32,000 nt of DNA from Nostoc sp. PCC 7120 = FACHB-418 (GTDB lineage: Bacteria; Cyanobacteriota; Cyanobacteriia; Cyanobacteriales; Nostocaceae): assembly GCF_000009705.1 (NCBI RefSeq), contig NC_003272.1, forward strand, positions 900,001-932,000. Direction: 5' to 3'. Below, piece by piece: positions 16,961 to 25,214 of this stretch. Under the pieces are notes generated by a model. It was not told the origin of the DNA. It did not search any database and saw nothing but the letters and a program-made list of their open reading frames with translations. The translations under genes were made by a program, and so were the position numbers. Position 1 is the stretch's first letter. Each line of letters opens with the position of its first letter.

Positions 16961-17404
16961 CTATTCACACTCGCGTTTTGTGACATAGTGACGGTAGCGA
17001 AACATAGCTTCCAGTTGTGCTTGTATTAGCCAACCGCCGATAAATTCTATTGTCTCGCCACCAGGCATAACGTAGGAAACATCATCAATCAGCTTGGTTT
17101 TACCATTTTCTGGCTGAAATTGATGGCGATGTATCCAAGATTCAAAAGGCCCGGATATTTGGGTATCGGTAAACAAGCGATATTTGTCGCACTCAGTGTG
17201 ACGGGCTAACCAAGTTAACGGTACAGGGCCTAGAAATAATTTAAATTCTGTGATTGCTCCTACTTCTAATCCTCCCTCTCGGCGAACGACTCGTACTGGT
17301 TGCCAAGGTGGAGTCAGCAGTTGCAAAATATCCGGTCTTTCATGGAATTTCCAAACTACTTCTGGTGGCGCATTAATGATTGAGGTATGTTGAAAGTGCA
17401 GCAT
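16961..17404 (-). CDS. SRPBCC (START/cyclase-dehydrase-like) family protein
   Basis: 147 aa starting MLHFQHTSIINAPPEVVWKFHERPDILQLLTPPW.., typical of the small ligand-binding SRPBCC fold. Confidence 0.75.
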   Translation of the reverse strand: MLHFQHTSIINAPPEVVWKFHERPDILQLLTPPWQPVRVVRREGGLEVGAITEFKLFLGPVPLTWLARHTECDKYRLFTDTQISGPFESWIHRHQFQPENGKTKLIDDVSYVMPGGETIEFIGGWLIQAQLEAMFRYRHYVTKRECE

Positions 17405-17423
17405 GGAAAGAAAAACCTAATAT

Positions 17424-17612
17424 TCAACCTTCATATTCTGTATCAATTTCGATGTCTAGGGTATCTTCATCAACCCGCACATATAAGATATTGGGGCGAC
17501 AACAAACCTGACAATCTTCAATATAAGATTGCTGTCCACCAGCACTCAAGTCAATAAAGGTTAAGTTTGGTTCACCACAATAAGCACAGTAAAATTCAGC
17601 TGTATTTTGCAT
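17424..17612 (-). CDS. CPXCG-motif cysteine-rich small protein (zinc-ribbon-like)
   Basis: 62 aa with the two Cys pairs CAYCG and CQVCC. It lies 19 nt upstream of the SRPBCC gene. Confidence 0.75.
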   Translation of the reverse strand: MQNTAEFYCAYCGEPNLTFIDLSAGGQQSYIEDCQVCCRPNILYVRVDEDTLDIEIDTEYEG

Positions 17613-17627
17613 TAATTTATCAGTCGC

Positions 17628-17655
17628 TTGTCAGTTGTCAGTTGTCAGTTGTCAG
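17628..17655. repeat. STRR-type heptamer array (TTGTCAG x4)
   Basis: TTGTCAGTTGTCAGTTGTCAGTTGTCAG lies in the spacer between the radical SAM and CPXCG genes. Confidence 0.85.
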
Positions 17656-17732
17656 TGGTTTTGGGACTTGGTTTAATTCCTTGCTTGTGAAGTTACATAT
17701 TCTTACTACTAACTACCGACCACTGACAAACA

Positions 17733-19367
17733 CTAATTTAATGGCTGTAGTTCTTTGTGAAAATGACTAGTTGCTTCAGCCAAATGCTTTAGTAGTGTAG
17801 ACTGTGGCAAAGGCCCTTGCAAGTGGCTCCAAGGTAATATTTGCTCAGTTGACCAATCACTATGGACGTAAAATTCTAGGTCGGGGATTTGCCCTTTGAG
17901 TTGCTTAAATGCACGTTTGTAACTACCCAAGGAGTCGCCAAAGTCGCGGGTAAGTTCCAGAAGTTGAGAGATGCGGCGATCGCCTCTGGAGATCAAAGCC
18001 TGTATGATAGACCAATTATAGCTTTCTGGGCGAAAATCTATCCCTTGGGGTTTTAACTGTTTCTGCAAAGACTGTAACCGCTTTTCTGCTTGCTTATTGA
18101 CCCCATACCATTGAAATGGTGTATGGGCTTTCGGCACGAAGGTACTACAACCCAATGTTAAACGCAGTCCTGGGGCAGCTTTTTTGATACTACGCATCAT
18201 GGCCACCGTTGCGTCTAAATCTTCTGGTGTTTCTCCTGGTAGTCCCACCATGCCGTAGAGTTTCAAGGCTGTCAAACCGCCGGCTTTAGCATTGATGGCG
18301 GCTTGGATGATTTCGTCGTTGTGTAGCTTTTTGTTGATGATTTGGCGGACTTTTTCCGAACCACTTTCTACTGCAATAGTAAGCGATCGCGTGTCTCGTT
18401 TGGCTAAAGTTTTAGCTAACTGTTCTGTTACCGTATTCGTCCGCACCGAAGCGATACTCAGCCGGACATCTTCATACTTTGGCTGACTAATATAATCTAG
18501 CAACGTCTCAAATTCTGGATGCTGAGTTACAGATGCACCCAATAACCCCAACCGATTTGTCACTTGTAAACCTTTCTCAATCGCTGGAATTAAGGAGCCT
18601 TCCAAACTAGCAGTCCTAAAAGGTAAAGTTAGATAACTTGCCATACAGAAGCGGCACATTTCTGGACAACTCCGCACCACCTCCACCATGAAAATATTTT
18701 CCCAGGCGGCTTTTTCTGTGACTACAGTCGAAGCTGACAGGGTGTTTCCTCGATAAGTCTGCTTCTGCACTACTGGGGGAACTTCCAAGGAAATTGGCTT
18801 AATCGAACTTATACCCCCATCTACTGCTTCATACTCGACTACATACAAACTCGGAACATAAATTCCTGGTATTTGTGCAAGTGCTTGCAGTTGAGTTTGC
18901 CTAGAAGCATTCCTGACTTCTTTATAAGCCTCAATCAAATTACCCAGCAGATTTTCCCCATCACCCAGCAAAATTACATCAAAAAATTCGGCAAAAGGTT
19001 CGGGGTTCGCCGTGAGAACAGGGCCACCACCAAAAACTATGGGATGGGAATCATCACGCAAACTGGCGCGAATGGGAATTTGTAAAGATTCCAATAGATT
19101 TAAAATGTTGACATAATCCAACTCCCAAGAAATAGAAAAGCCGACAATTTCTGGTTCTCTAGGAAGTGGTTCGTAAGTATCAGTAAATAAACGACTCACC
19201 TGCACATCGCTACGCATTGCCAAAGTCGCCCATACTACCTGATAGCCCAAACTAGTGATACCCACCGTGTACTCATTGGGAAAAGCAAATATCAGTGGTA
19301 TGGCGTTGGTTTCTGGTGTAGTAGGAGTAAATAACAGGCGTTCAGCGCTAAAGAAAGAAGATGTCAC
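17733..19367 (-). CDS. Radical SAM protein with a B12-binding-like N-terminal domain
   Basis: The CX3CX2C motif is present (SCPEMCRFCMASY), with the downstream block IAVESGSEKVRQIINKK. 544 aa with a GTG start. Confidence 0.85.
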   Translation of the reverse strand: MTSSFFSAERLLFTPTTPETNAIPLIFAFPNEYTVGITSLGYQVVWATLAMRSDVQVSRLFTDTYEPLPREPEIVGFSISWELDYVNILNLLESLQIPIRASLRDDSHPIVFGGGPVLTANPEPFAEFFDVILLGDGENLLGNLIEAYKEVRNASRQTQLQALAQIPGIYVPSLYVVEYEAVDGGISSIKPISLEVPPVVQKQTYRGNTLSASTVVTEKAAWENIFMVEVVRSCPEMCRFCMASYLTLPFRTASLEGSLIPAIEKGLQVTNRLGLLGASVTQHPEFETLLDYISQPKYEDVRLSIASVRTNTVTEQLAKTLAKRDTRSLTIAVESGSEKVRQIINKKLHNDEIIQAAINAKAGGLTALKLYGMVGLPGETPEDLDATVAMMRSIKKAAPGLRLTLGCSTFVPKAHTPFQWYGVNKQAEKRLQSLQKQLKPQGIDFRPESYNWSIIQALISRGDRRISQLLELTRDFGDSLGSYKRAFKQLKGQIPDLEFYVHSDWSTEQILPWSHLQGPLPQSTLLKHLAEATSHFHKELQPLN

Positions 19368-19388
19368 AGGAGTTTTATCAAAGTATAT

Positions 19389-19643
19389 CTATCTATATTT
19401 AATTTTAAGCCATAGAATTATCATGTTAAAAACTAATGTAGTAGCATTAGCAAAGATAACAGGTAATTGTTGCAGAATAATTCCATAGATTAGCCATAAG
19501 AAAATACCAGTATTAAAGAATATCAGCATAATAAAAGATACATCTTTAGCTGATTTACTTTGCCATGTTTTAATCATCTGTGGCAAAAATGAAAAAGTAG
19601 TTAATAAAGCGGCAGCGAAACCTAGAACTGTCACAAAATCCAT
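19389..19643 (-). CDS. SemiSWEET / PQ-loop family transporter (3 TM)
   Basis: MDFVTVLGFAAALLTTFSFLPQMIKTWQSKSAKDVS.. contains the PQ motif. The start is trimmed to ATG 19643 (84 aa). The stop lies 21 nt before the radical SAM start. Confidence 0.8.
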   Translation of the reverse strand: MDFVTVLGFAAALLTTFSFLPQMIKTWQSKSAKDVSFIMLIFFNTGIFLWLIYGIILQQLPVIFANATTLVFNMIILWLKIKYR

Positions 19644-19805
19644 GTAATATAACTCGCTAAAATAATGCTTTATTTTAGGCAAATTTGCCCTTATTCTCAA
19701 CCATAGTACCTTAGTAGACCACAAATTTAAAATTATTGCAGGCGAATCGCCTCATATAACCTGGGGAATAAGGCAAGACAAACCCCCGCTAAAGTGGTAG
19801 CGCGT

Positions 19806-19843
19806 CTAGCATTTGTAGCATTTGTAGGGTGGGCATTGCCCAC
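19806..19843. repeat. Tandem TAGCATTTG x2 followed by the palindrome GGTGGGCA-T-TGCCCACC
   Basis: Seen directly. The palindrome occupies 19827-19843. Motifs of this type are common in Nostoc-type spacers. Confidence 0.5.
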
Positions 19844-19941
19844 CAAAAACTCTGTACAATGGAAACTCTCAAAACGCTGTGAATAAATCTAGTAAACTAT
19901 GTAGATAGACGGTATAGCCATGCCACCCAAATTCTTGACAA

Positions 19942-21753
19942 TTACCTTGATACTGTCATGAGATGAGATTTAGCCCAAGAATAGCGTTTTGCGTCTTTCC
20001 GTAGTAAATATTCTGCGGCTTCGTGCCGTTTTATCTCATCTCTTGTACTGCGTAATACTCGTTTTATTTCATCATCTATATCCTCAGTTTTAGCGCCACG
20101 TTGTATGGCTTGTTCAAACCAATAATCACCTTCAGCATAACTACCACGATCATAAAAAATCGCTCCCATTAAAGTATAGGGTTGATAACTATCAGGGTGA
20201 TACTCTATAGCTTTTCTGGCACAATTTTCAGCCTCATCCAATTTGATCATATCTCTAAACGCACCACCCCTAGTAACTAAAATTGCTGATTTTAGTTTAC
20301 TTTCCTTGATTTTTCCTAAATTCAAATCAGTCACCTTTAAAGACTTTTCTGGCTCATCTGCTTTGCGCCAATAACTACTAGCTGTGGGAATATGCCATTT
20401 ATTTCCGGTGCGTTGTAATTCTTTTTCATAAAACTCTGCTTCAAGTTTATGATGTGCAAGGGCTATTTTTCCATCATAAGATAACATCTTCTCTTGTATC
20501 AGAGGAATAACTAATATAGGATCTAATCTTTCTCCTTTCTCTAACTTTAGCATAATTGTATAAAATGGCTCAATTGGCAGCAATGGATCTACTAATCCGT
20601 ATTTCCTTTTTAGTACTCTAAAGTGTTGTTGTTGAGCCAAATTAATGATATCCTCATGTCCGTGATTCTTCAGCCAGATAATTTCTGAATCATTAAGTAA
20701 CTCTCCCAAATTTATCTTGAATTTTAGAGCAGAGATATATCTTTCATCTGCAATTTGTATAGTCTCAGTCAGCTTGCGTTTTTTCAGGAAGTTGATATCC
20801 TGATCAGATAGATAGTTCCCTCCCTCAATTATTTTTAAGACTTTATACAGATGACTTTTAAGCGATGAATCGACATATTGATTTGCTTTATATTTAAGTT
20901 TCAAGATAGCAAATTCTTGTGCTTGTTCCAAATCTCTAACAATGGCAATTGTCTCGGTAAGTTCTTGCTTCTCTAGCCATTTAAATTCTGTTTCAATTAA
21001 TTTTTCATGATTGTCAAGCTTTTGTAATATTGAGTATAATGGACTAGATATCGATATGTCTGGGTATTGATTGGCATGATATTTAATTTTTAGTTGAATA
21101 AAATTTGCCTGTTTTTCTATTTCTTGTTGTTCAAAAACCTTTATTGTTTCAAATAACTCTCTTTTCTTTAGCCACTCCAATTCTGGATAGTTCAGTCTTT
21201 CTCGATCATCCAGTTTCTTGAGAATCTTATATAGTGGGCTATTAGGTGATAAACCTTGGTATTTAGTGGCTTGATACTTTGTCTTCAAAGCAAAAAAAGC
21301 CTTTTCTAATTGCATTTTATGGACAAGTGCTATCGTTGCATTAAGCTGATTATTTTTTAGCCATTCAATCTCTGAATTAGTCAGTGATTTTTCTGAATTA
21401 AGTTTCCAAAGGATAGGGAAAAGAGTATTAGAAGAATCTTTAAAGTCTGTCCTTATTTTAGGTATTTGATATTGAGATTTGAGGGAGTCAAACTCATTTC
21501 GCAAGGTTCTTAATTCTACTGATTTATACTCCTGCTGTTTAAAAATAATCTCAGCAGTTTCAAAAAGTTCTTGACATCTTAACCAATTAAACTCTAGTTC
21601 AGTTACTTCAAGTCCTAAGTCAAATTTTCTTAAAATGAGATAAAGTAAACTGGACGGTGATAAATCTTGAAAACTAGTTACTTTATATTTAGACTTTAGT
21701 ACAGCAAAGTGTTCTAAGCGATTTTGAAACTCTTTATCCATGTTGCTAGTCAA
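19942..21753 (-). CDS. Hypothetical repeat protein: seven ~65-aa helical modules plus a TPR/Sel1-like C-terminal region
   Basis: 603-aa ORF with clear internal periodicity (F..LK.KY....SPLY.IL.KL......E..WLK...L.ETI). It has no signal peptide and no TM helix. The gene is AT-rich and lacks HIP1. Confidence 0.8.
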   Translation of the reverse strand: MTSNMDKEFQNRLEHFAVLKSKYKVTSFQDLSPSSLLYLILRKFDLGLEVTELEFNWLRCQELFETAEIIFKQQEYKSVELRTLRNEFDSLKSQYQIPKIRTDFKDSSNTLFPILWKLNSEKSLTNSEIEWLKNNQLNATIALVHKMQLEKAFFALKTKYQATKYQGLSPNSPLYKILKKLDDRERLNYPELEWLKKRELFETIKVFEQQEIEKQANFIQLKIKYHANQYPDISISSPLYSILQKLDNHEKLIETEFKWLEKQELTETIAIVRDLEQAQEFAILKLKYKANQYVDSSLKSHLYKVLKIIEGGNYLSDQDINFLKKRKLTETIQIADERYISALKFKINLGELLNDSEIIWLKNHGHEDIINLAQQQHFRVLKRKYGLVDPLLPIEPFYTIMLKLEKGERLDPILVIPLIQEKMLSYDGKIALAHHKLEAEFYEKELQRTGNKWHIPTASSYWRKADEPEKSLKVTDLNLGKIKESKLKSAILVTRGGAFRDMIKLDEAENCARKAIEYHPDSYQPYTLMGAIFYDRGSYAEGDYWFEQAIQRGAKTEDIDDEIKRVLRSTRDEIKRHEAAEYLLRKDAKRYSWAKSHLMTVSR

Positions 21754-21866
21754 TGGTAGCTTACTCAGTAAAATGTGTTTTTCGCTACCATAAACTTACC
21801 CAGAAAAAAGGGCGAGTCAAACACCCACCCAGTAAAAAAGTACTATTGAAAATTGCCAAGGAATTT

Positions 21867-22955
21867 TTATAGCACCTTACACTGTCCATGATGGCGTAAC
21901 AAATGATCGCACAGTACCAACGCCACCATTGCTTCTACCATCGGGACTGCACGGGGTAGAACACAGGGATCATGTCTACCTTTGGCGGCTAATAGGGTTT
22001 CTTCGCCTTCACGAGTAACTGTTTTTTGCTCTTTTCTAATCGTGGCTGTGGGTTTAAATGCAACTCGCAAAATGATATTCTCTCCGTTGGCAATACCGCC
22101 TTGAATCCCACCGGAACGGTTAGTTACTGTGCGAATCTCACCGTTTTCATCAATATAATATTCGTCGTTATGCTCAAATCCTGTTAGCAGAGTCCCGGCA
22201 AAACCTGAACCGATTTCAAAACCTTTGCTAGCAGGTAAAGACATCACAGCTTTGGCGATATCTGCTTCCAACTTATCGAATACAGGTTCACCCAAGCCTT
22301 TAGGAACATTCCGCGCTACGCATTCCACTACACCGCCGATAGAATCACCTTGTCTACCTGTTTGTTCGATTAATTCAATCATGCGGTCTGCCAATTCGCC
22401 ATCAGGACAGCGAACGATATTGCTTTCCACTTGGTCTAGGGTGACGGTATTGGGATCTACAACACCTTCCAAGTCTTTGATACGTTTGACGTAGCCTATA
22501 ACTTCTACATTAGCAACTTGCCGGAGAATTTTTTTAGCGATCGCACCTGCGGCTACTCTACCAATTGTCTCCCGCGCTGAGGATCTACCGCCACCTTGCC
22601 AATTACGAATCCCATATTTAGCATCATAAGTTGCATCAGCATGGGAAGGACGATACTTTTGCGCCATCTCATCATAATCTTGGGGACGAGTATCTTTATT
22701 TCGCACCAAAATTGATATTGGCGTTCCCAGAGTTTTGCCTTCATATACCCCAGACAAAATCTCACAGGTGTCTGCTTCCTTACGAGGCGTTGTAATCTTA
22801 CTCTGTCCGGGTCGTCTGCGGTCTAACTCCAGTTGAATTTCCTCAGGAGAAATTTCGAGTAGCGGAGGACAGCCGTCAATCACAACCCCCACGCCTCCAC
22901 CGTGTGACTCGCCAAAAGTAGTGATCCGAAACAGATGTCCAAAAGTATTGCCCAT
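21867..22955 (-). CDS. aroC: Chorismate synthase
   Basis: [45 protein letters not shown] blocks in a 362-aa ORF. Confidence 0.95.
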   Translation of the reverse strand: MGNTFGHLFRITTFGESHGGGVGVVIDGCPPLLEISPEEIQLELDRRRPGQSKITTPRKEADTCEILSGVYEGKTLGTPISILVRNKDTRPQDYDEMAQKYRPSHADATYDAKYGIRNWQGGGRSSARETIGRVAAGAIAKKILRQVANVEVIGYVKRIKDLEGVVDPNTVTLDQVESNIVRCPDGELADRMIELIEQTGRQGDSIGGVVECVARNVPKGLGEPVFDKLEADIAKAVMSLPASKGFEIGSGFAGTLLTGFEHNDEYYIDENGEIRTVTNRSGGIQGGIANGENIILRVAFKPTATIRKEQKTVTREGEETLLAAKGRHDPCVLPRAVPMVEAMVALVLCDHLLRHHGQCKVL

Positions 22956-23146
22956 GATCTTGAGGAAAAAGGAAGCGGCTTATGTATTGTACCTAGAGTT
23001 TCCGTAAAAATTAATCTTTGTGCTTGTACTTTTTTTCGTAATATTGAGCAAAGAAGTTTCTTGACATTTATGTTATCTATATATTTTGGTGATGGGAAAC
23101 ACGAAGGAAGCATGGTCATCAGGAGTAAAATTAAGAAGTAACTATT

Positions 23147-23197
23147 CCCAGTCCCCAATCCCCAGTCCCCAATCCCCAGTCCCCAATCCCCAGTCCC
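23147..23197. repeat. STRR1-type array (CCCCAGT/CCCCAAT alternating, about 7 units)
   Basis: CCCAGTCCCCAATCCCCAGTCCCCAATCCCCAGTCCCCAATCCCCAGTCCC lies in the divergent aroC/bolA spacer. It generates the spurious ORF 22880..23302. Confidence 0.9.
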
Positions 23198-23267
23198 TAT
23201 TTTCAAACCATAAGCATCTGCTGTATATCTGTTAATAATAGAAAAGTAAGTTTTTTCAGGAATTGCG

Positions 23268-23510
23268 ATGATTACTCCGCAGCAGGTTGAGGAAATGATC
23301 AAGGCGGAACTGCCAGACGCGCAGGTTCAGGTGCAAGACTTGACCGGTGGCGGCGACCATTATCAGGTGACAGTAGTCTCATCGCAGTTTGCAGGTAAGA
23401 GACTTGTGCAACAGCATCAGTTAGTTTATGGTGCATTGCGGCAAGCTATGTCAACTGAAGCCATCCACGCCTTAGCATTGAAAACATACACTCCCGAAAC
23501 TAGTAAATAG
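23268..23510 (+). CDS. bolA: BolA family protein
   Basis: 80 aa: ..[36 protein letters not shown]....[11 protein letters not shown]. Confidence 0.88.
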   Translation: MITPQQVEEMIKAELPDAQVQVQDLTGGGDHYQVTVVSSQFAGKRLVQQHQLVYGALRQAMSTEAIHALALKTYTPETSK

Positions 23511-23547
23511 TCCACAGTCAATAGTTCATAGTCAACATTAAGAAATC

Positions 23548-23596
23548 AATGACTAATGGCTAATAACTAATGACTAATGACTAATAACTAATCACA
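23548..23596. repeat. STRR-type heptamer array (AATGACT/AATAACT x7)
   Basis: Seven consecutive 7-mers lie between bolA and the glutaredoxin gene. Confidence 0.85.
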
Positions 23597-23617
23597 AAAC
23601 TAGGACATACAAAAGCC

Positions 23618-23941
23618 ATGACACAGGAAACCAGCGAAAAAATTAATAATTTAATAACACAAAATAAAATTATGGTTTTCATGAAGGGAACCAAATTGAT
23701 GCCTCAGTGTGGCTTCTCTAACAATGTTGTGCAGATTCTCAATACTTTGGGTGTTCCTTTTGAGACTATCAACGTTTTAGAAGACCAAGAAATTCGCCAG
23801 GGTATTAAAGAATATTCCAACTGGCCGACAATTCCCCAAGTTTATATCAATGGGGAGTTTATTGGTGGTTCCGATATTCTGATTGAACTTTACCAAAAAG
23901 GTGAGTTACAGCAATTAGTGGAAGTTGCTTTAGCTTCTTAG
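23618..23941 (+). CDS. grxD: Monothiol glutaredoxin, Grx4 family (CGFS)
   Basis: VMVFMKGTKLMPQCGFSNNVVQIL..WPTIPQVYINGEFIGGSDI in a 107-aa ORF. Confidence 0.93.
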   Translation: MTQETSEKINNLITQNKIMVFMKGTKLMPQCGFSNNVVQILNTLGVPFETINVLEDQEIRQGIKEYSNWPTIPQVYINGEFIGGSDILIELYQKGELQQLVEVALAS

Positions 23942-24025
23942 TATTGTGGGAAAAAGGGATTCAAAACCCTAATCATGCTCAAATGTAGTGGGAGTTCAAT
24001 AAATTTGAAATAACCCCTCTCCATA

Positions 24026-24048
24026 CCTCTCCCCGACGCGGGGAGAGG
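24026..24048. terminator. GC-rich hairpin between the convergent grxD and moaB genes (dispersed-repeat type)
   Basis: CCTCTCCCC (24026-24034) pairs with GGGGAGAGG (24040-24048) around a 5-nt loop. Confidence 0.4.
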
Positions 24049-24134
24049 CTTAAAACCTTTGATTATTTGGTACTTAGTGATAGATTTTGAGCAGCCTTCT
24101 CTGCGGGACAACACACCCTACCCACTGAATAGTT

Positions 24135-24638
24135 CTATTTACGTACTTGGCTAACTAGGTGAGTGAGTTCCGGTAATATCAGTTTTTCCATACCTAAGCG
24201 CACGGCGTTGCTGGAACCGGGAAGAGAGAAGATTAATTGATTTTTATATACGCCTGCAACTGCACGAGAGGCGATCGCTCGTGAACCAATTTCCTGATAA
24301 CTCAAATATCTAAATATTTCCCCAAATCCGGGTAGGGTTTTCTCTAATAGTTTTTCAATAGCATCATAAGTAGTATCTCTCGGTGCAATACCTGTACCAC
24401 CATTAAAAATTACCGCATCTAAATTAGAATTCTGACTCAATAATGCTAACTGTAATTGGATTTGCGCTGGTTCATCGGGAATAATTACGTAATCATCTAC
24501 AGTATAATTTGCATCAATTAATAGCTGCTGGATGAGATGACCGCTTTTATCTGTCTCTGGGGTACGTGTATCGCTTACAGTAACAACTGCACAATTTACC
24601 GTTATTCCTGGTGCATCTGGATGAGGTTTTTTCATCAT
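24135..24638 (-). CDS. moaB: MoaB/MogA-family molybdenum cofactor biosynthesis protein
   Basis: 167 aa: AVVTVSDTRT..DKSG, IFNGGTGIAPRDTT, and IFSLPGSSNAV. Confidence 0.85.
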   Translation of the reverse strand: MMKKPHPDAPGITVNCAVVTVSDTRTPETDKSGHLIQQLLIDANYTVDDYVIIPDEPAQIQLQLALLSQNSNLDAVIFNGGTGIAPRDTTYDAIEKLLEKTLPGFGEIFRYLSYQEIGSRAIASRAVAGVYKNQLIFSLPGSSNAVRLGMEKLILPELTHLVSQVRK

Positions 24639-24686
24639 GTATAGGGGGATAAGTCAATAGCCAATAGTCCGTAGTCCAAAACTCTC

Positions 24687-24714
24687 TTGACTGTTGACTG
24701 TTGACCGTTGACGC
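24687..24714. repeat. STRR-type heptamer array (TTGACTG/TTGACCG x4)
   Basis: The array abuts the psb28 stop codon. Confidence 0.8.
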
Positions 24715-25050
24715 TTAAGATTTACTGAATCCCAAATCGTTTTCTTGGGCGTAACGTTCCATAAATCTGATGAAACGCTCCCATTCTTGGGCTGATTTCA
24801 TCACATAAACAGCCTCTAATCCCTCAGGTCTACCATTGATAAATTTACCCTTAACCTCACGGGTGATGATTTCTCCTTCTTCGTCAATTAAATACATCCC
24901 GGTAATATCTTCAGTAGTGCCTTGGTCTAAAATTTTAGGGTTTGTAAAAATAAATGTTGCTGTACCAGTGTCACCTGTGCGCGATCGCGTCAAACGTACT
25001 TCTGGAATTACTTCTTCATCGAGTCCTCTAGAAAACTGGATTTTTGCCAT
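24715..25050 (-). CDS. psb28: Photosystem II assembly factor Psb28
   Basis: [50 protein letters not shown] in a 111-aa ORF. Confidence 0.93.
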   Translation of the reverse strand: MAKIQFSRGLDEEVIPEVRLTRSRTGDTGTATFIFTNPKILDQGTTEDITGMYLIDEEGEIITREVKGKFINGRPEGLEAVYVMKSAQEWERFIRFMERYAQENDLGFSKS

Positions 25051-25118
25051 GATGTAAGTATTTAAAGTTTTATGATGCCAATTTAATATTCTCTCATCAT
25101 TTAGAACTCAAAAGACTT

Positions 25119-25171
25119 GGGATTGGGGAAGGTGGGGCCCCCTCTGGGGATAAGGGGTAATGGGGATTGGG
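25119..25171. repeat. 53-nt dispersed element, copy B (G-rich strand on +)
   Basis: Exact reverse complement of 9562-9614. It contains six GGGG tracts. Confidence 0.9.
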
Positions 25172-25178
25172 TGAAAAA

Positions 25179-25214
25179 CCCCTACACCCCTAAACCCTTA
25201 CACCCCTAAACCCC
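25179..25214. repeat. C-tract array CCCCTACACCCCTAAACCCTTACACCCCTAAACCCC
   Basis: The array abuts the stop codon of the 1043-aa gene. It is related to the CCCTTACA/TGTAAGGG motifs at 10291-10314 and 11141-11157. Confidence 0.75.

Noticed and set aside
22880-23302. 140-aa minus-strand ORF spanning the aroC start and the STRR array
   Set aside because: It overlaps the aroC N-terminus out of frame and translates the CCCCAGT/CCCCAAT array as GDWGLG repeats.
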